DNA of 64,000 nucleotides from Octopus sinensis (Eukaryota): positions 8,494,001 to 8,558,000 of the forward strand of contig NC_042997.1 of the NCBI RefSeq assembly GCF_006345805.1, read 5' to 3'. Both the position numbers and the translations under genes were made by a program. Each line of letters opens with the position of its first letter. Position 1 is the first letter of the stretch. Positions 52,855-64,000 of this stretch are shown here, piece by piece. Under the pieces are notes generated by a model. That model saw only the letters and a program-made list of their open reading frames with translations, was not told the DNA's origin and did not search any database.

Positions 52855-53045
52855 AGGTGGTGTGCTGGCAGAAACATTAGCATGCTGGACGAAGTGCTTA
52901 GCAGTATTTCATCTGTCTGTATGTTCTGAATTCAAATTCCACCAAGGTCGACTTTGCCTTTCATCTTTTCAGGGGCGATAAATTAAGTACTAGTTGTGTA
53001 CTGAGGTTGATCTAATTTTCTGGCCTTGTGTCTAGAGTAGAAAAG
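52855..53045 (+). mobile_element. SINE type B
   Basis: TSD aatatttattttt on both sides. Confidence 0.9.
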
Positions 53046-53345
53046 AATATTTATTTTTGCTAGCAATAGCTGGTTCTTCTGGTCAAACTATCATACCTAC
53101 AGCTGCTTCAGTTGTCAAGATATTGAAATTGTCAAAGTGTAGTACAATGGTTTTGCTATGGAATGGTGAAATTATTTTTTCGTTTTTTGAAAAAGCAGCA
53201 TTTTGGACTTATGACACTTTTGCATAATAGCAATGATATATATTGGGATATGTACATGTATGATCTACGAACTATATTATTAAAAAATTAAGAAAAATAA
53301 ATTAAACTGATTAGAACAACCAATGAAGTCATTCATTTCCTTTTT

Positions 53346-53387
<42 letters not shown>

Positions 53388-53594
53388 ATGTATATATATA
53401 TATATACACACACACATATATATATATATATAATTAATTATAGCATAAATTAGTATTTTTGTTGTTTTTTATTTGCCCTGTTCGTGTGAGCTAACAATCG
53501 TACTGACTTTCATGGGAAACATGTATTTTTGTGGTTGAAACCTTTTGGATTTACTAGTGCTAGAGTGAGCCACATAGTGACCACTCTCTTATAT

Positions 53595-53666
<72 letters not shown>

Positions 53667-53670
<4 letters not shown>

Positions 53671-53912
53671 AAATATTATTCGAGACAAAACCACTATTTT
53701 GCAAAACAAACAAGGAAAGACTTAATCAATACATAAATTTTAATAAATAGTCAAATTTATTAAAATTTATGTATTGATTAAGTCTTTCCTTTTTGTTTTG
53801 CAAAATAGTGGTTTTGTCTCGAATAATATTTTATAATATTTTACTATAAAATCGATTTAATCCTAAATCTGATTTTTTCCCTGTAAATTTGGATTTATTC
53901 CCTATATTTATT
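53667..53912. mobile_element. TA-embedded element with a near-perfect ~82-bp hairpin (possible Penelope-like terminus)
   Basis: Arms 53667-53748 and 53755-53835, loop agtcaa, one indel. Tail shared with 29461-29591. Confidence 0.75.
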
Positions 53913-53983
53913 ATATATATATAATATATATAATACATATATATTATATATATATTATATATATAGTATATACATATATATAT

Positions 53984-54014
<31 letters not shown>

Positions 54015-54036
54015 CATATATACATATATAATCCAT

Positions 54037-54080
<44 letters not shown>

Positions 54081-54124
54081 CATATATATATATGTATTTG
54101 TATTTTATTATATATATATATATA

Positions 54125-54849
54125 CAGGGTGATTGGAAAGTAACTCCCTATTTTAAAATGCTTATAATTTATTTATTAACTATAATTTTTTTATCAAATT
54201 TGTAGTGTATGTTCTTTAATGTATGGGAATTGATTCCATGTTTTTTTTTTAAGATTGATTATTTTGTTTGAAATTTAGAAGCCCTACAAACATGGCTGGA
54301 TGTTTTACTGTGCAGGGGCATGCTCAGCTAGCTGCACATTACGAAGTTTGGAGTTCAGTTGTTCAAGTGCAAAGATGGCGGAGGACCATTAGAGGAAGAC
54401 ATGCTCAAGTTGATGCAAAGATAATCAAGAATTGCCATGCAAAATTCATGACTACAGGATTTGTAGCTGATACTTGAAGTGGTTGTCCTTCCAATTCATC
54501 AAGGTCCGCATGACTGGCTGGCCAGAAGCCCTGATTTAACACAGTGCGACTGTTTTCTTTGGGGTTGTTTAAAGGTGGAAGTCTTCTCTACCAAACCAAT
54601 GACTTTGGAAGAACTCGAAGGGTGAATACGAGAAGTTGTCTTTCATTCCACAAGACTTCCTGATGAAATCAGTTGATGTGGTTCCCAGGCGGCTTCAGAA
54701 GCTGGTGGTGAATGCTGATGCCTATATCAAATTTTAAATAAAATTCCATGCTATACACTTTCTTTACATATTCATTTTTTTCTAAAAATTGTAGTTAATA
54801 AATAAATTATAAGTATTTTAAAATAGGGAGTTACCTTTCAATCACCCTG
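54125..54849 (+). mobile_element. Tc1/mariner rosa-like element, internally deleted, both TIRs present
   Basis: ~65-bp TIRs cagggtgattggaaagtaactccctattttaaaat.., TA TSD; WLARSPDLTQCDCFLWGCLK..KPMTLEELEG. Confidence 0.93.
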
Positions 54850-54872
54850 TATATATATATGTATATATATAT

Positions 54873-55290
54873 AGGCGCAGGAGTGGCTGTGTGGTAAGTA
54901 GCTTGCTAACCAACCACATGGTTCCGGGTTCAGTCCCACTGCGTGGCATCTTGGGCAAGTGTCTTCTGCTATAGCCCCGGGCCGACCAATGCCTTGTGAG
55001 TGGATTTGGTAGACGGAAACTGAAAGAAGTCTGTCGTATATATGTATATATATATATGTATGTGTGTGTGTGTTTGTGTGTCTGTGTTGTCCCCCTAGCA
55101 TGCCTGACAACCGATGCTGGTGTGTTTACATCCCCGTCACTTAGCGGTTCGGCAAAAGAGACCGATAGAATAAGTACTGGGTTACAAAGAATAAGTTCCG
55201 GGGTCGATTTGCTCGACTAAAGGCGGTGCTCCAGCATGGCCACAGTCAAATTACTGAAACAAGTAAAAGAGAAAAGAGAGAAAAAGAGAA
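54873..55290 (+). mobile_element. SINE type A (young)
   Basis: Full length, CpGs intact. Confidence 0.96.
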
Positions 55291-55445
55291 TATCTATATC
55301 TATATATTATATATACAAATAAATTATATATATATACATATATGTATGTATATATACATATGCATACATATATATATATATGTATATATGCATACATATA
55401 TATATATACATATATGTATATATATTGTGTATATATATATATATG

Positions 55446-55490
<45 letters not shown>

Positions 55491-55692
55491 GATGTATGTA
55501 TGTATGCATGTATGTATACATGAAAGGCATCTGCATGAAATATGTGTTTCTCAGAGCTCTACACCTGCATAGCTGCTTACTTATTCAAAAGTCAGAATGT
55601 TTAGTCGTTGTTGACACGTCTCCTATTTGTTTGTTTTGTTTTTGTTTTTCCAGTTTCAGCTCTTGAGCTGTGGCCATGCTGGGGCACCGCAT

Positions 55693-55857
55693 TGTGGTGT
55701 GAAAGAGTACAGCAGGGATCACCACCCCCTGCCGGAGCCTCGTAGAGCTTTTAGGTGTTTTCGCTCAATAAACACACACAACGCCCAGTCTGAGAATCGA
55801 AACCGCGATCCTGCGACCGCGAGTCCGCTGCCCTAACCACTAGGCCATTGCGCCTCT
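55693..55857 (-). mobile_element. SINE type C 5' part
   Basis: Reverse complement of 52276-52435. Confidence 0.9.
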
Positions 55858-56563
55858 ATCAGTAATTTTTTTCTGTTCATTGCATGCCTTTGGTGGTGTG
55901 TGGAATAAGACAAAAAAAAAAAACTCTTTCTTGAAAATCTGGTAAGATTTACCGTTATGAAGAGCTCTAACTGTAAAACAATACTTCCATATGTTCATCC
56001 ATTTCATGATAGCGTAGAAAAATAGATGGAAAAGGAATATGTATGTATGTATATATGAACTTATCTATCTTATCTATCTATCGATATGTGTGTGTACGTG
56101 CCTGTGTGTATCATGCATGTATGTATATATGAAAGTATATATGTATGTGTATTGTGTTTGCATATGCATGTATGCATATATACATACATACATACATATA
56201 TACATATTCACATACATACTTAAATATATAGTCACAGGTATGGATCTGTGACAAGATGTTTGCTTCCCAACAACATATTTTTTGGGGTTCAGTCCCACTG
56301 CATGGTACCTTGGGCAAGTGTCTCCTACTATAGGTTCAGGCTGACCAAAGCCATGTGATTGGATTTGGTAGAAGGAAACTGAAAGAAGTTTATCATCATC
56401 ATCATCATCATCATCCTCACCCTCATATAACATTGGTTTTCCATGCTGGCATGGGTAGAAATGTTTGACAGGCAGTGGCAAGTCAGAAAAGTCTGCCGTT
56501 AGTTTTGTCATGGTTTTCTACAGCTGAGAGCCCCTTCCTATTGTCAACCATGTTACACCATAC

Positions 56564-56618
<55 letters not shown>

Positions 56619-56632
56619 TGCATGTGTGTGAA

Positions 56633-56990
56633 GATGCATGGCTCAATGGTTAGAGCGTCGAGCTTACGATCGTGAGGTTGTGAGTTCGAATCCCGGACCG
56701 GGCTGCGTGTTGTGTTCTTGAGCAAGACTCTTTATTTCACGTTGTTCCAATTCACTCAGCTGTAGAAATGAGTTGCGATGTCACAGGTGCCAAGCTGTAT
56801 CAGCCTTTGCCTTTCCCTTGGATAACATCAGTAGTGTGGAGAGGAGAGCCTGGTATGCATGGGCGACTGCTGGTCTTCCATAAAAAACACAACTCGTGGT
56901 TGAGTGTTTGCCGGTGAGGCAAGTTTCCACCTAGACTCGTACCCTAGAGGAGAACCTCTTAAGTGAACCTATGGTCATTCATGACCAACA
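56633..56990 (+). mobile_element. SINE type D
   Basis: A box tggctcaatggttagagc, B box gagttcgaatccc, core ttgtgttcttgagcaagac. Confidence 0.9.
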
Positions 56991-57009
56991 GAGTTGAGAC
57001 TTTTTTAAT

Positions 57010-57410
57010 GTGTGTGGTAAGTAGCTTGCTAACCAACCACATGTTTCCGGGTTCAGTCCCACTGCGTGGCATCTTGGGCAAGTGTCTTCTGCTATAGCCC
57101 TGGGCCGACCAATGCCTTGTGAGTGGATTTGGTAGATGAAAACTGAAAGAAGCCTGTCGTATATATGTATATATATATATATGTGTATGTGTGTGTGTTT
57201 GTGTGCCTGTGTTTGTCCCCTAGCATTGCTTGACAACCGATGCTGGTGTGTTTACGTCCCCGTCACTTAGTGGTTCGGCAAAAGAGACCGATAGAATAAG
57301 TACTGGGCTTACAAAGAATAAGACCCGGGGTCGATTTGCTCGACTAAAGGCGGTGCTCCAGCATGGCCGCAGTCAAATGACTGGAACAAGTAAAAGAGTA
57401 AAAGAGTAAA
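57010..57410 (+). mobile_element. SINE type A (young)
   Basis: Matches the consensus. The first ~12 nt are missing. Confidence 0.95.
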
Positions 57411-57484
57411 AATATATATATATATTACTGTTTTTTTCCCCCTTGTGTATGCCATAGAAGAAGTTTTCATCACCTTTGCTGGCC

Positions 57485-57780
57485 TTCCTACTGAGATCAA
57501 TGTGGTTGTTGTTCAGTTTGAACTTTTGCAGATCAATGCATACTGGAAAAATATGGATAGATTGAGAATTCTAGAATGTAGCAATTTTATAAAGAGATTT
57601 TAGTGAGGGGCCTGGGTGGTGAGTCATAGAAGAAGTCATGAGTGGAGGGGAGGTGGATGAGAAGAGAGGACACAGGGGAAGGTGTATATAAATAGCTAAT
57701 GTTGAGGAATGAATGAATCTTTGTCAATCAGCCAGATGTCCTTTTAGATGCAGTTATGAAAGTGTGTACTTGAATATGAG
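57485..57780 (-). mobile_element. CR1/L2-group LINE ORF 3' end relic
   Basis: F*NSQSIHIFPVCIDLQKFKLNNNHIDL resembles LWN.LP..VFP...LQ.FK. Confidence 0.6.
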
Positions 57781-58437
57781 TTCAGAGATAAGACTGTCCT
57801 ACATATGAACTATAGTATAATGTGGATAAACAATAAAATTATCAATGTCTTCATTTCTCTCCTCCCCCCCTCTCTCTCTCTCTCTCTCTCAATTTCTCTT
57901 TTTGTTTGTACATCTTCTGCAGACCAATAGCTCTGATACTATTGGATTTATCTCTTTTGGTTACTACATACTAATTAAACTGTCACAACTAATGATGAGT
58001 AATATTGAGAAAGTTCTTTTGTCACTGTGGGTTATTACCAGATAATATTACATTTATAATGCATTGGTAGTGAAAATAGGAGAGCAATAGGAATTTAGTT
58101 GAAGGAGACGACCAACTTTATGTCAGGGATTAGCAGGTTCTTCTAATAGTCCATTTTTGAGTATTTTACATTTGGCCAAGATCTACTTAAACATCATGAC
58201 ACACATTAACATACAAAAATATTCCTACATTTCCACCTATTTTCAAAACTGGCAATGTTAATGTAAAGGAAAAAAAAATTGGCAAATTACAACACAACAG
58301 ACTATCTAAAATTAATCAAATGTTTAATGACCCACAAATGTATCAAATTTGGAAAGCTTTTAAAAAATGGTTTGAGATCAACAAAGAGCATCTCAGTGGC
58401 CCACATATGGCTGACTCCTGTTCCTGATAATCTAGAC

Positions 58438-58786
58438 CTGCGGTTCTCAAATGGGGTCCATATGTCCCCTGAGGAGCCATATAAGATTTTGTGGGTCCAT
58501 ACAACAAAATAGTAAAGTGAGAATCTACAAAAGTACTTTTTTAGGGCCTATGAAAAAAGTTTACTTAAGATGTATGTATTGGTATGTATTGCAAAAACAG
58601 CTAGGTTTTTTTCTCTAACATTTTACATAGTTCAACCTATACAAGTTAATGTGTGAAAAATAAAACAAGAATTTTGAAAGAAGTCTCTATAAAATTAGTT
58701 TTTAAACATCGAATGGCTATGAGGGGCTACCAGAATAAAATAGTAACGAAAGGAACCCATTGGTAAAAGACAGTTGAGAATCCCTG
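58438..58786. mobile_element. hAT (Charlie-like) MITE
   Basis: TIRs ctgcggttctcaa / ttgagaatccctg. 8-bp TSD atctagac / gcctagac. Confidence 0.85.
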
Positions 58787-58834
58787 GCCTAGACAGTGTT
58801 CTTCATCTGCATTAGAAGGACTGTTTGGAGGATT

Positions 58835-59120
58835 TCATCATCATCATTGTTCGACCGTGGTCAAGACAATGGAATTTACCATGCTATGCCAGACTTCATG
58901 GTCCATCATGGCATTACGGAGGTCCTGTTGCTGGATGCCTGTATCCCTGGAGATTACATCAGGGTAGGAGAGTGTGCACCCTCTGGTATTGCGAGTAGAT
59001 GGCTTCCAGAGGAGAAGAGTAGAAATTACTTCTTTTTCAGCTCTAAAACAATGTCCAGCAAACTGGACTCTCCTACCTTTCACAAGAGATGATACAGGTG
59101 GTAGTTTCCCATATATTTGC
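58835..59120 (-). mobile_element. RTE LINE 3' end (another family)
   Basis: IYGKLPPVSSLVKGRRVQFAGHCFRAEKEVISTLLLWKP..AMMDHEVWHSMV. GAT tail. Confidence 0.9.
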
Positions 59121-60144
59121 ATTTTGGTTGGAGGATTTAAGGTTATATGTTTCAACTGTGTAAAGGTTGTGAGGGTTACTTGAATGGGTTTTCAGTTTAG
59201 CTGTATCAAACACTTTCAAAGGCTTGATTAATAAAAAAAAAAAAAACAGGTTGAGCTCCTTCCATTTAACTTAAGTACTTAACTTAAGTAGGTCATGATT
59301 ACTTATTGAATAAATTATACAGTGTGGGCTAGAATTCATGACTTGTTTGTTAGTTATAGTTATTAATATGCTTATAAGCATGGAAATGCACAAAGTTAAT
59401 GTTTAGTTAAATCGGTTTTCCATTCCCTGATCAACTGGGCCTCCTTCTACTGCAACACAGGCTTGTAACCATATTGAAACATTTTGACATGCTTTATGAC
59501 ACATACTGGGATTGTTTTGCATTCGTGGATAATAACTTGTTTAAAATGTTCAAGACTGTTAATCTTCTGATGATAGACATGGCCTTTTAGATAACCCCCC
59601 ACAAAGAAAAGTCTGGTAGTGTTAAATCAGGTGAGCAAGCTGGCCACTCCACAGGCCCTCACCTCCTAATCCAATGATTAGGAAAAATTTTGTTCAGCGA
59701 GTCATGGACAGCTAGTGAATAATGTAGGGGAGCACCATCCTGCTGCCACCATAATTCTTCAAATTCTTAAGGAAAACTTGGTCTTGTAAAAGTTTCAGAT
59801 ACATGACCCCATTTACACCACCTTCAATAAAGAATGGCTCACAAGTCTGTTGTAACTCACACCTGCCCACACCATTATGCCAGGACTCTTCTGGTCATTC
59901 TCAATCATGATCTGAGGATTTTCTTGTCTCCAGTACACACCCTGAAACATAAAATTTTGACTCATTAGTCCAGACAACACGTTCTTCCAATGTTGGGTCA
60001 TTGGTTACTTGTTCAGCCATTCTTCTGCAAACTGCATGCAATGATCTGGATCATCTTCCATTAATCCATGAATCAAATGAGGGATATAAGGGTACAGCTT
60101 CATATCATGGAGTAACCATCTTAAAGAAGTACTTGAAATACTCC

Positions 60145-60375
60145 TTACTCCTTTACTCCTTTACTTGTTTCAATCATTTTGACTGCGGCCATGCTGGGGC
60201 ACCGCCTTTAGTCGAGCAAATCGACCCCAGGACTTAATCTTTGTAAGCCTAGTACTTATTCTATCGGTCTCTTTTGCCGAACCGCTAAGTGACGAGGACA
60301 TAAACACACCAGCATCGGTTGTCAAGCAATGCTAGGGGGACAAACACAGACACACAAACATACACACACACATAT
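60145..60375 (-). mobile_element. SINE type A 3' half
   Basis: Reverse complement of the type A tail. Confidence 0.92.
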
Positions 60376-60780
60376 ATTTTGTTCATATAAATGTTCAGAA
60401 GATCTGATAAATATCTTGATGACTTGGATTTTTGAAGAGAATTGTCTAACTCAGTTCTCAAGCATTCTTTATTTTCATTTGTTCAAACAGACTCTTGGTT
60501 GTCCAGGTCTTTTGGGGCTCACAACACTACCTGTTTAATCAAATAAAACTTATTAATCTTAACAACAGTCTTTCTCGTAGATGTCGGTGGTCTATAAGTT
60601 GCTTCCATTACTCTGCAGGCTTCAATGATGTTGCATGTTTTAGCAAATAATTTTCACACATCGAACACATTTCTCCAAGCTTAGCAAAGAATGTTAATCA
60701 AATTAGCAAAGGATGTTAATCAAAGGGTTAATCAAATTCTGAAATAAAATAAAAATATTAAGAAATAAAATAAGTTTAAA

Positions 60781-61850
60781 CACTGTTTGCTATAGTGGGT
60801 GATGTGGTGACGGCGAGTGCAAGAGAGGGATTGATAAAGGAGATACTGTATGCGGATGACCTTGTTCTGATGAGTGAGATGATGCAGGGATTGAGGGAGA
60901 GGTTTTGGAAATGGAAGGAGGCTTTTGAAAGCAACGGTTTTAAGGTAAACCTCAGGAAGACAAAGGTGATAGTGAGTGGGATGGAAGGAGAAGTGTTAGT
61001 GAGTAAGGTAGATCCATGTGGTGTGTGTGGAAGGAAATTAATAGTAAATGTAGTGTTGTGTACGAGATGTGAGAAATGGATTCATGATAGATGTACGAAA
61101 ATCAAGACGGTGACCCCAAGACTGGTGAGAGAGTTTGTTTGTGGAAGAAAGGAGCTGGAGGACTGGTGGAACAAGTGGAAACACTATGTGACGAGGTGGA
61201 AACAGCGAGAGGATTTTGTTATTTGGGAGACATGGTGGATGTAAGTGCAGGATGTGAAGCAGCTGTGACAGCAAGAGCGAGACTTGGCTGTGTGAAGCTC
61301 AGGGAATGTGGAGCATTGTTATATAGGAAAAGGTTCTCATTAAAGATGAAACGAAGAGTCTATAAGAGTTGTATGAGTGCTGCAATGCTGTATGGGAGTG
61401 AGACATGGTGTCTGAGGGAGAGAGAGAGGGTAATTTTGAGAAGGATTGAGAGAGCAATGGTGAGAGAAGTGTGTGGGGTGAAGCTGTTTGATAAGAGGAG
61501 GACTGAGAGTTTGATGGGAATGCTGGGGTTAGTGGAATCAGTGGAATGGTTTGCAAGGGCAAATGGAGTGAGGTGGTATGGGGATGTGTTGAAGAGGGAC
61601 AAAGAGCATGTTTTGGGGAGGGTGATTGTGTTTGAGGTAAATGGAGTGCCAAAGCAAGGTAGACAGAGAAAAAGGGGGAAGGAACAGGTGGAGTAGGAGA
61701 TTGGGAGGGTTGGTTTGAAAAAGGAGGATGGCCAAAACTAAGCACAATGGTGAGACGGAGTGAGGGTGGTTGCTATGGCATTGAGGTAGATCCGGCCACC
61801 CCCGTTAACAGGGACGAAACGCGGATTTAAAACACTGGGAGATGATGATG
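60781..61850 (+). mobile_element. 5'-truncated RTE LINE
   Basis: EILYADDLVLMSE..KVNLRKTKV..FCYLGD..MLYGSETW..VRWYGDVL. GAT tail. Confidence 0.95.
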
Positions 61851-62167
61851 AAACGATACAATCATAATGAAATAAGACTGTTAAGAAATAAAAAAAATAC
61901 AACAATGAATTAAGCATATCAAGAAATATAACCAATTGAGTCATGAATTCTAGCCCACCCTGTACATGTTTGCTTGTATGTATGTGTGTATGTATGTATG
62001 TATGTATGTATGTATGTATGTATGTATGTATGTATGTGTGTGTATGTATGTATGTATGTGTATGTATGTATGTATGTATGTATGTATGTATGTATGTATG
62101 TATGTATGCATGTATGTATATGTGTGTATCTATGCATGCATTTATGTATGTGTGCATGCATGTATGT

Positions 62168-62303
62168 TTGTCATTATTCAGTTTATCTCAAGATTTCTTG
62201 CCAATGGAGAAAAAAGAGCCTGTCTCTAAACCAGATCCAAGGCTCCTTCATTGGAATTTCAGCACAACGGGGTATTTTGTATGTATGTATACATATAGAT
62301 TTG

Positions 62304-62337
<34 letters not shown>

Positions 62338-62492
62338 TGTATGTATGTATGTATGTATGTATGTATGTATGTATGTGTATGTGTCATTATTCCGTTTTAT
62401 TTCAAGTTTTCTTGCCAATAGAGAAAGAGCTGATCTCTAACCTTGATCCAAGGCTCCTTCATTGGAATTTCAACATCAACAGGGTGTTTTTG
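62168..62492. repeat. Two ~115-bp related units embedded in (ATGT)n
   Basis: tgtcattattc.gttt..tcaag.tttcttgccaat..gatccaaggctccttcattggaatttca at ~62168 and ~62381. Confidence 0.9.
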
Positions 62493-63857
62493 CATGTATG
62501 TATATGTGATGATTTGTATGATTTGTTTTATGTATGTATGCATGCATGCATGAAAATGTAAAAAAGTACTTGGAATGCATGTCCAATGCTTCATATGTTT
62601 TGAAACAAATAAACAGATATATAAATATCTCTATATATATATGTTCGCGGATTTATATATTTATTTGAATTTCATTTGTATCCAAGTGCATACATGTTTA
62701 TATACGTTATACGTGAGCATGCTTGTGTGTATAAGTATGTGTTTCCAAGTGCAAGAATCTCACTTAGTGCCTGTATACATGGATGAATATGGCAAGATCT
62801 GCAGCAAGTACCTGTATCACCTCCTTTTGGAGAAAATTATCAAGAAGTAAACATAAGTTTATGTAAGTCACTGAAAATCTTGTAAAAAGTATATATTTTT
62901 TTTTTTACCTTCCCAGCTTTTCTGAAGATTTGCTGAATTCATGTCATTTTTCTAAGAGTTTTTGTTGTTGTTGTTGTTGCTACTGTAATGTTTTTTCTGT
63001 CTGTTAATATCTTTATATATTTTTCTCATCTTTTTACCTTTTGCAGTCTTTTATGTAAAACATTATTTAAAGGAGAATCGTGAAGATACTTTTAAGAAAT
63101 GTTTCATCTAATTTTCTTTTACTTGACTTGTTTTCATTCTGTTTTTTTTTTTTGTTTTTTTGGTTTTTTTGGGGGTTCTTTATTCAAGTTTTATATTTGG
63201 TTAAGACTTTTGACACCTCTCACCTGCACTATCTTCATAAACATTCTGAAAGAACAAAAACAAAAAAAAACTGCCAACAACTAAAGAAATACATTTTAAT
63301 CTGCAAGGTGCTGGTGTTAAAGTAATGTTTGGAAGGAAATAATATTATTGTAAAGAATATAGTAGTGTAGTAGAGAAGACTATAAATTAGAAGATAAAGT
63401 CACCTGAGTCGATCCTGTGCATCTTTGGCACTTCCTTTATTGAAGACAAAATGATATAAACTCAGAATATAGATGGAGAAGACTAAATTCTGCCAGGTAT
63501 TTTCTCTTACACATTGATCCAAGTATGGAAATACACACTTCATAAAGAGCCCTTACATGGTTCCTCAATTAGCTAAAATAGAAGCCAAATCTCCTCCATT
63601 TTCTACACTTTCTCATATTAATAAAAGAATATAATACATTGGGCTATGTAGTCTCATAGATAGACTGGCCATGACTGGATTGTCTTTGATCATAAGTTGT
63701 CTAGATTAGGATTGATCTACAACTAAATAATAATACAAAATGATTCAATGAAGGAGCATCTATATGGTTCCTTGAATTGCTTGAAATAACAGCAGCCAAA
63801 AGCTAAAATCATATTCTTCTATCCTAACATATAATAAACCACATTAGATAATATATA

Positions 63858-64000
63858 TTTCTTTACTGCCCACAAGGGGCTAAACATAGATGGGACAAAC
63901 AAGGACAGACAAAGGGAGGGATTAAGTCGATTACATCGACCCCAGTGCGAAACTGGTACTTTATTTATCGACCCCGAAAGGATGAAAGGCAAAGTCGACC
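63858..64000 (-). mobile_element. SINE type B 3' part (runs off the window)
   Basis: tttctttactgcccacaaggggctaaac..gatgaaaggcaaagtcgacc. Confidence 0.92.

Larger units (their letters stand above)
59320..61962 (-). mobile_element. rosa (DD41D) Tc1/mariner element with nested SINE and RTE
   Basis: TIRs cagKgtgggctagaattcatgact (23/24) with TA TSDs. WWQQDGAPLH..WPACSPDLTLPD with a 41-residue spacer. N-terminal TGSVVSPKRPGQPR at ~60500. Confidence 0.92.

Noticed and set aside
53046-53227. Open frame AIAGSSGQTIIPTAASVVKIL resembling gamma-glutamyltransferase
   Set aside because: Weak similarity, no convincing splice sites and no companion exons.
56633-56705. tRNA gene candidates (also 52276 and 55790-55857)
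   Set aside because: A and B boxes are present, but there is no proper acceptor stem and each runs into a SINE body.
57429-57542. Minus-strand exon-like segment CIDLQKFKLNNNHIDL
   Set aside because: Better explained as the end of a CR1/L2-group ORF.

Overview
This is AT-rich animal genomic DNA. It is almost certainly from an octopus (Octopus sp.), judging by the tRNA-derived SINE families, RTE/CR1/Tx1 LINE debris and very high microsatellite load. No complete, recognisable protein-coding gene, rRNA, true tRNA or CRISPR array is present, and nearly all ORFs in the supplied track are microsatellite artefacts or decayed transposon fragments. The window reads as intronic or intergenic DNA filled with mobile elements: at least four modular SINE types (called A-D here), RTE, CR1/L2-type, Tx1/L1 and R4-like LINE relics, maT (DD37D), rosa (DD41D), mariner, Tigger, hAT and piggyBac-type DNA elements, Helitrons and a decayed short-LTR element. 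The most interesting structure is heavy nesting (SINE-internal TA tracts and even a target-site duplication reused as insertion sites), several strong foldback hairpins, and elements confined to microsatellites. There is also a speculative chain of minus-strand exon candidates whose spliced product contains a Fluc/FEX fluoride-channel-like motif. Element boundaries are approximate except where TSDs or TIRs are quoted.
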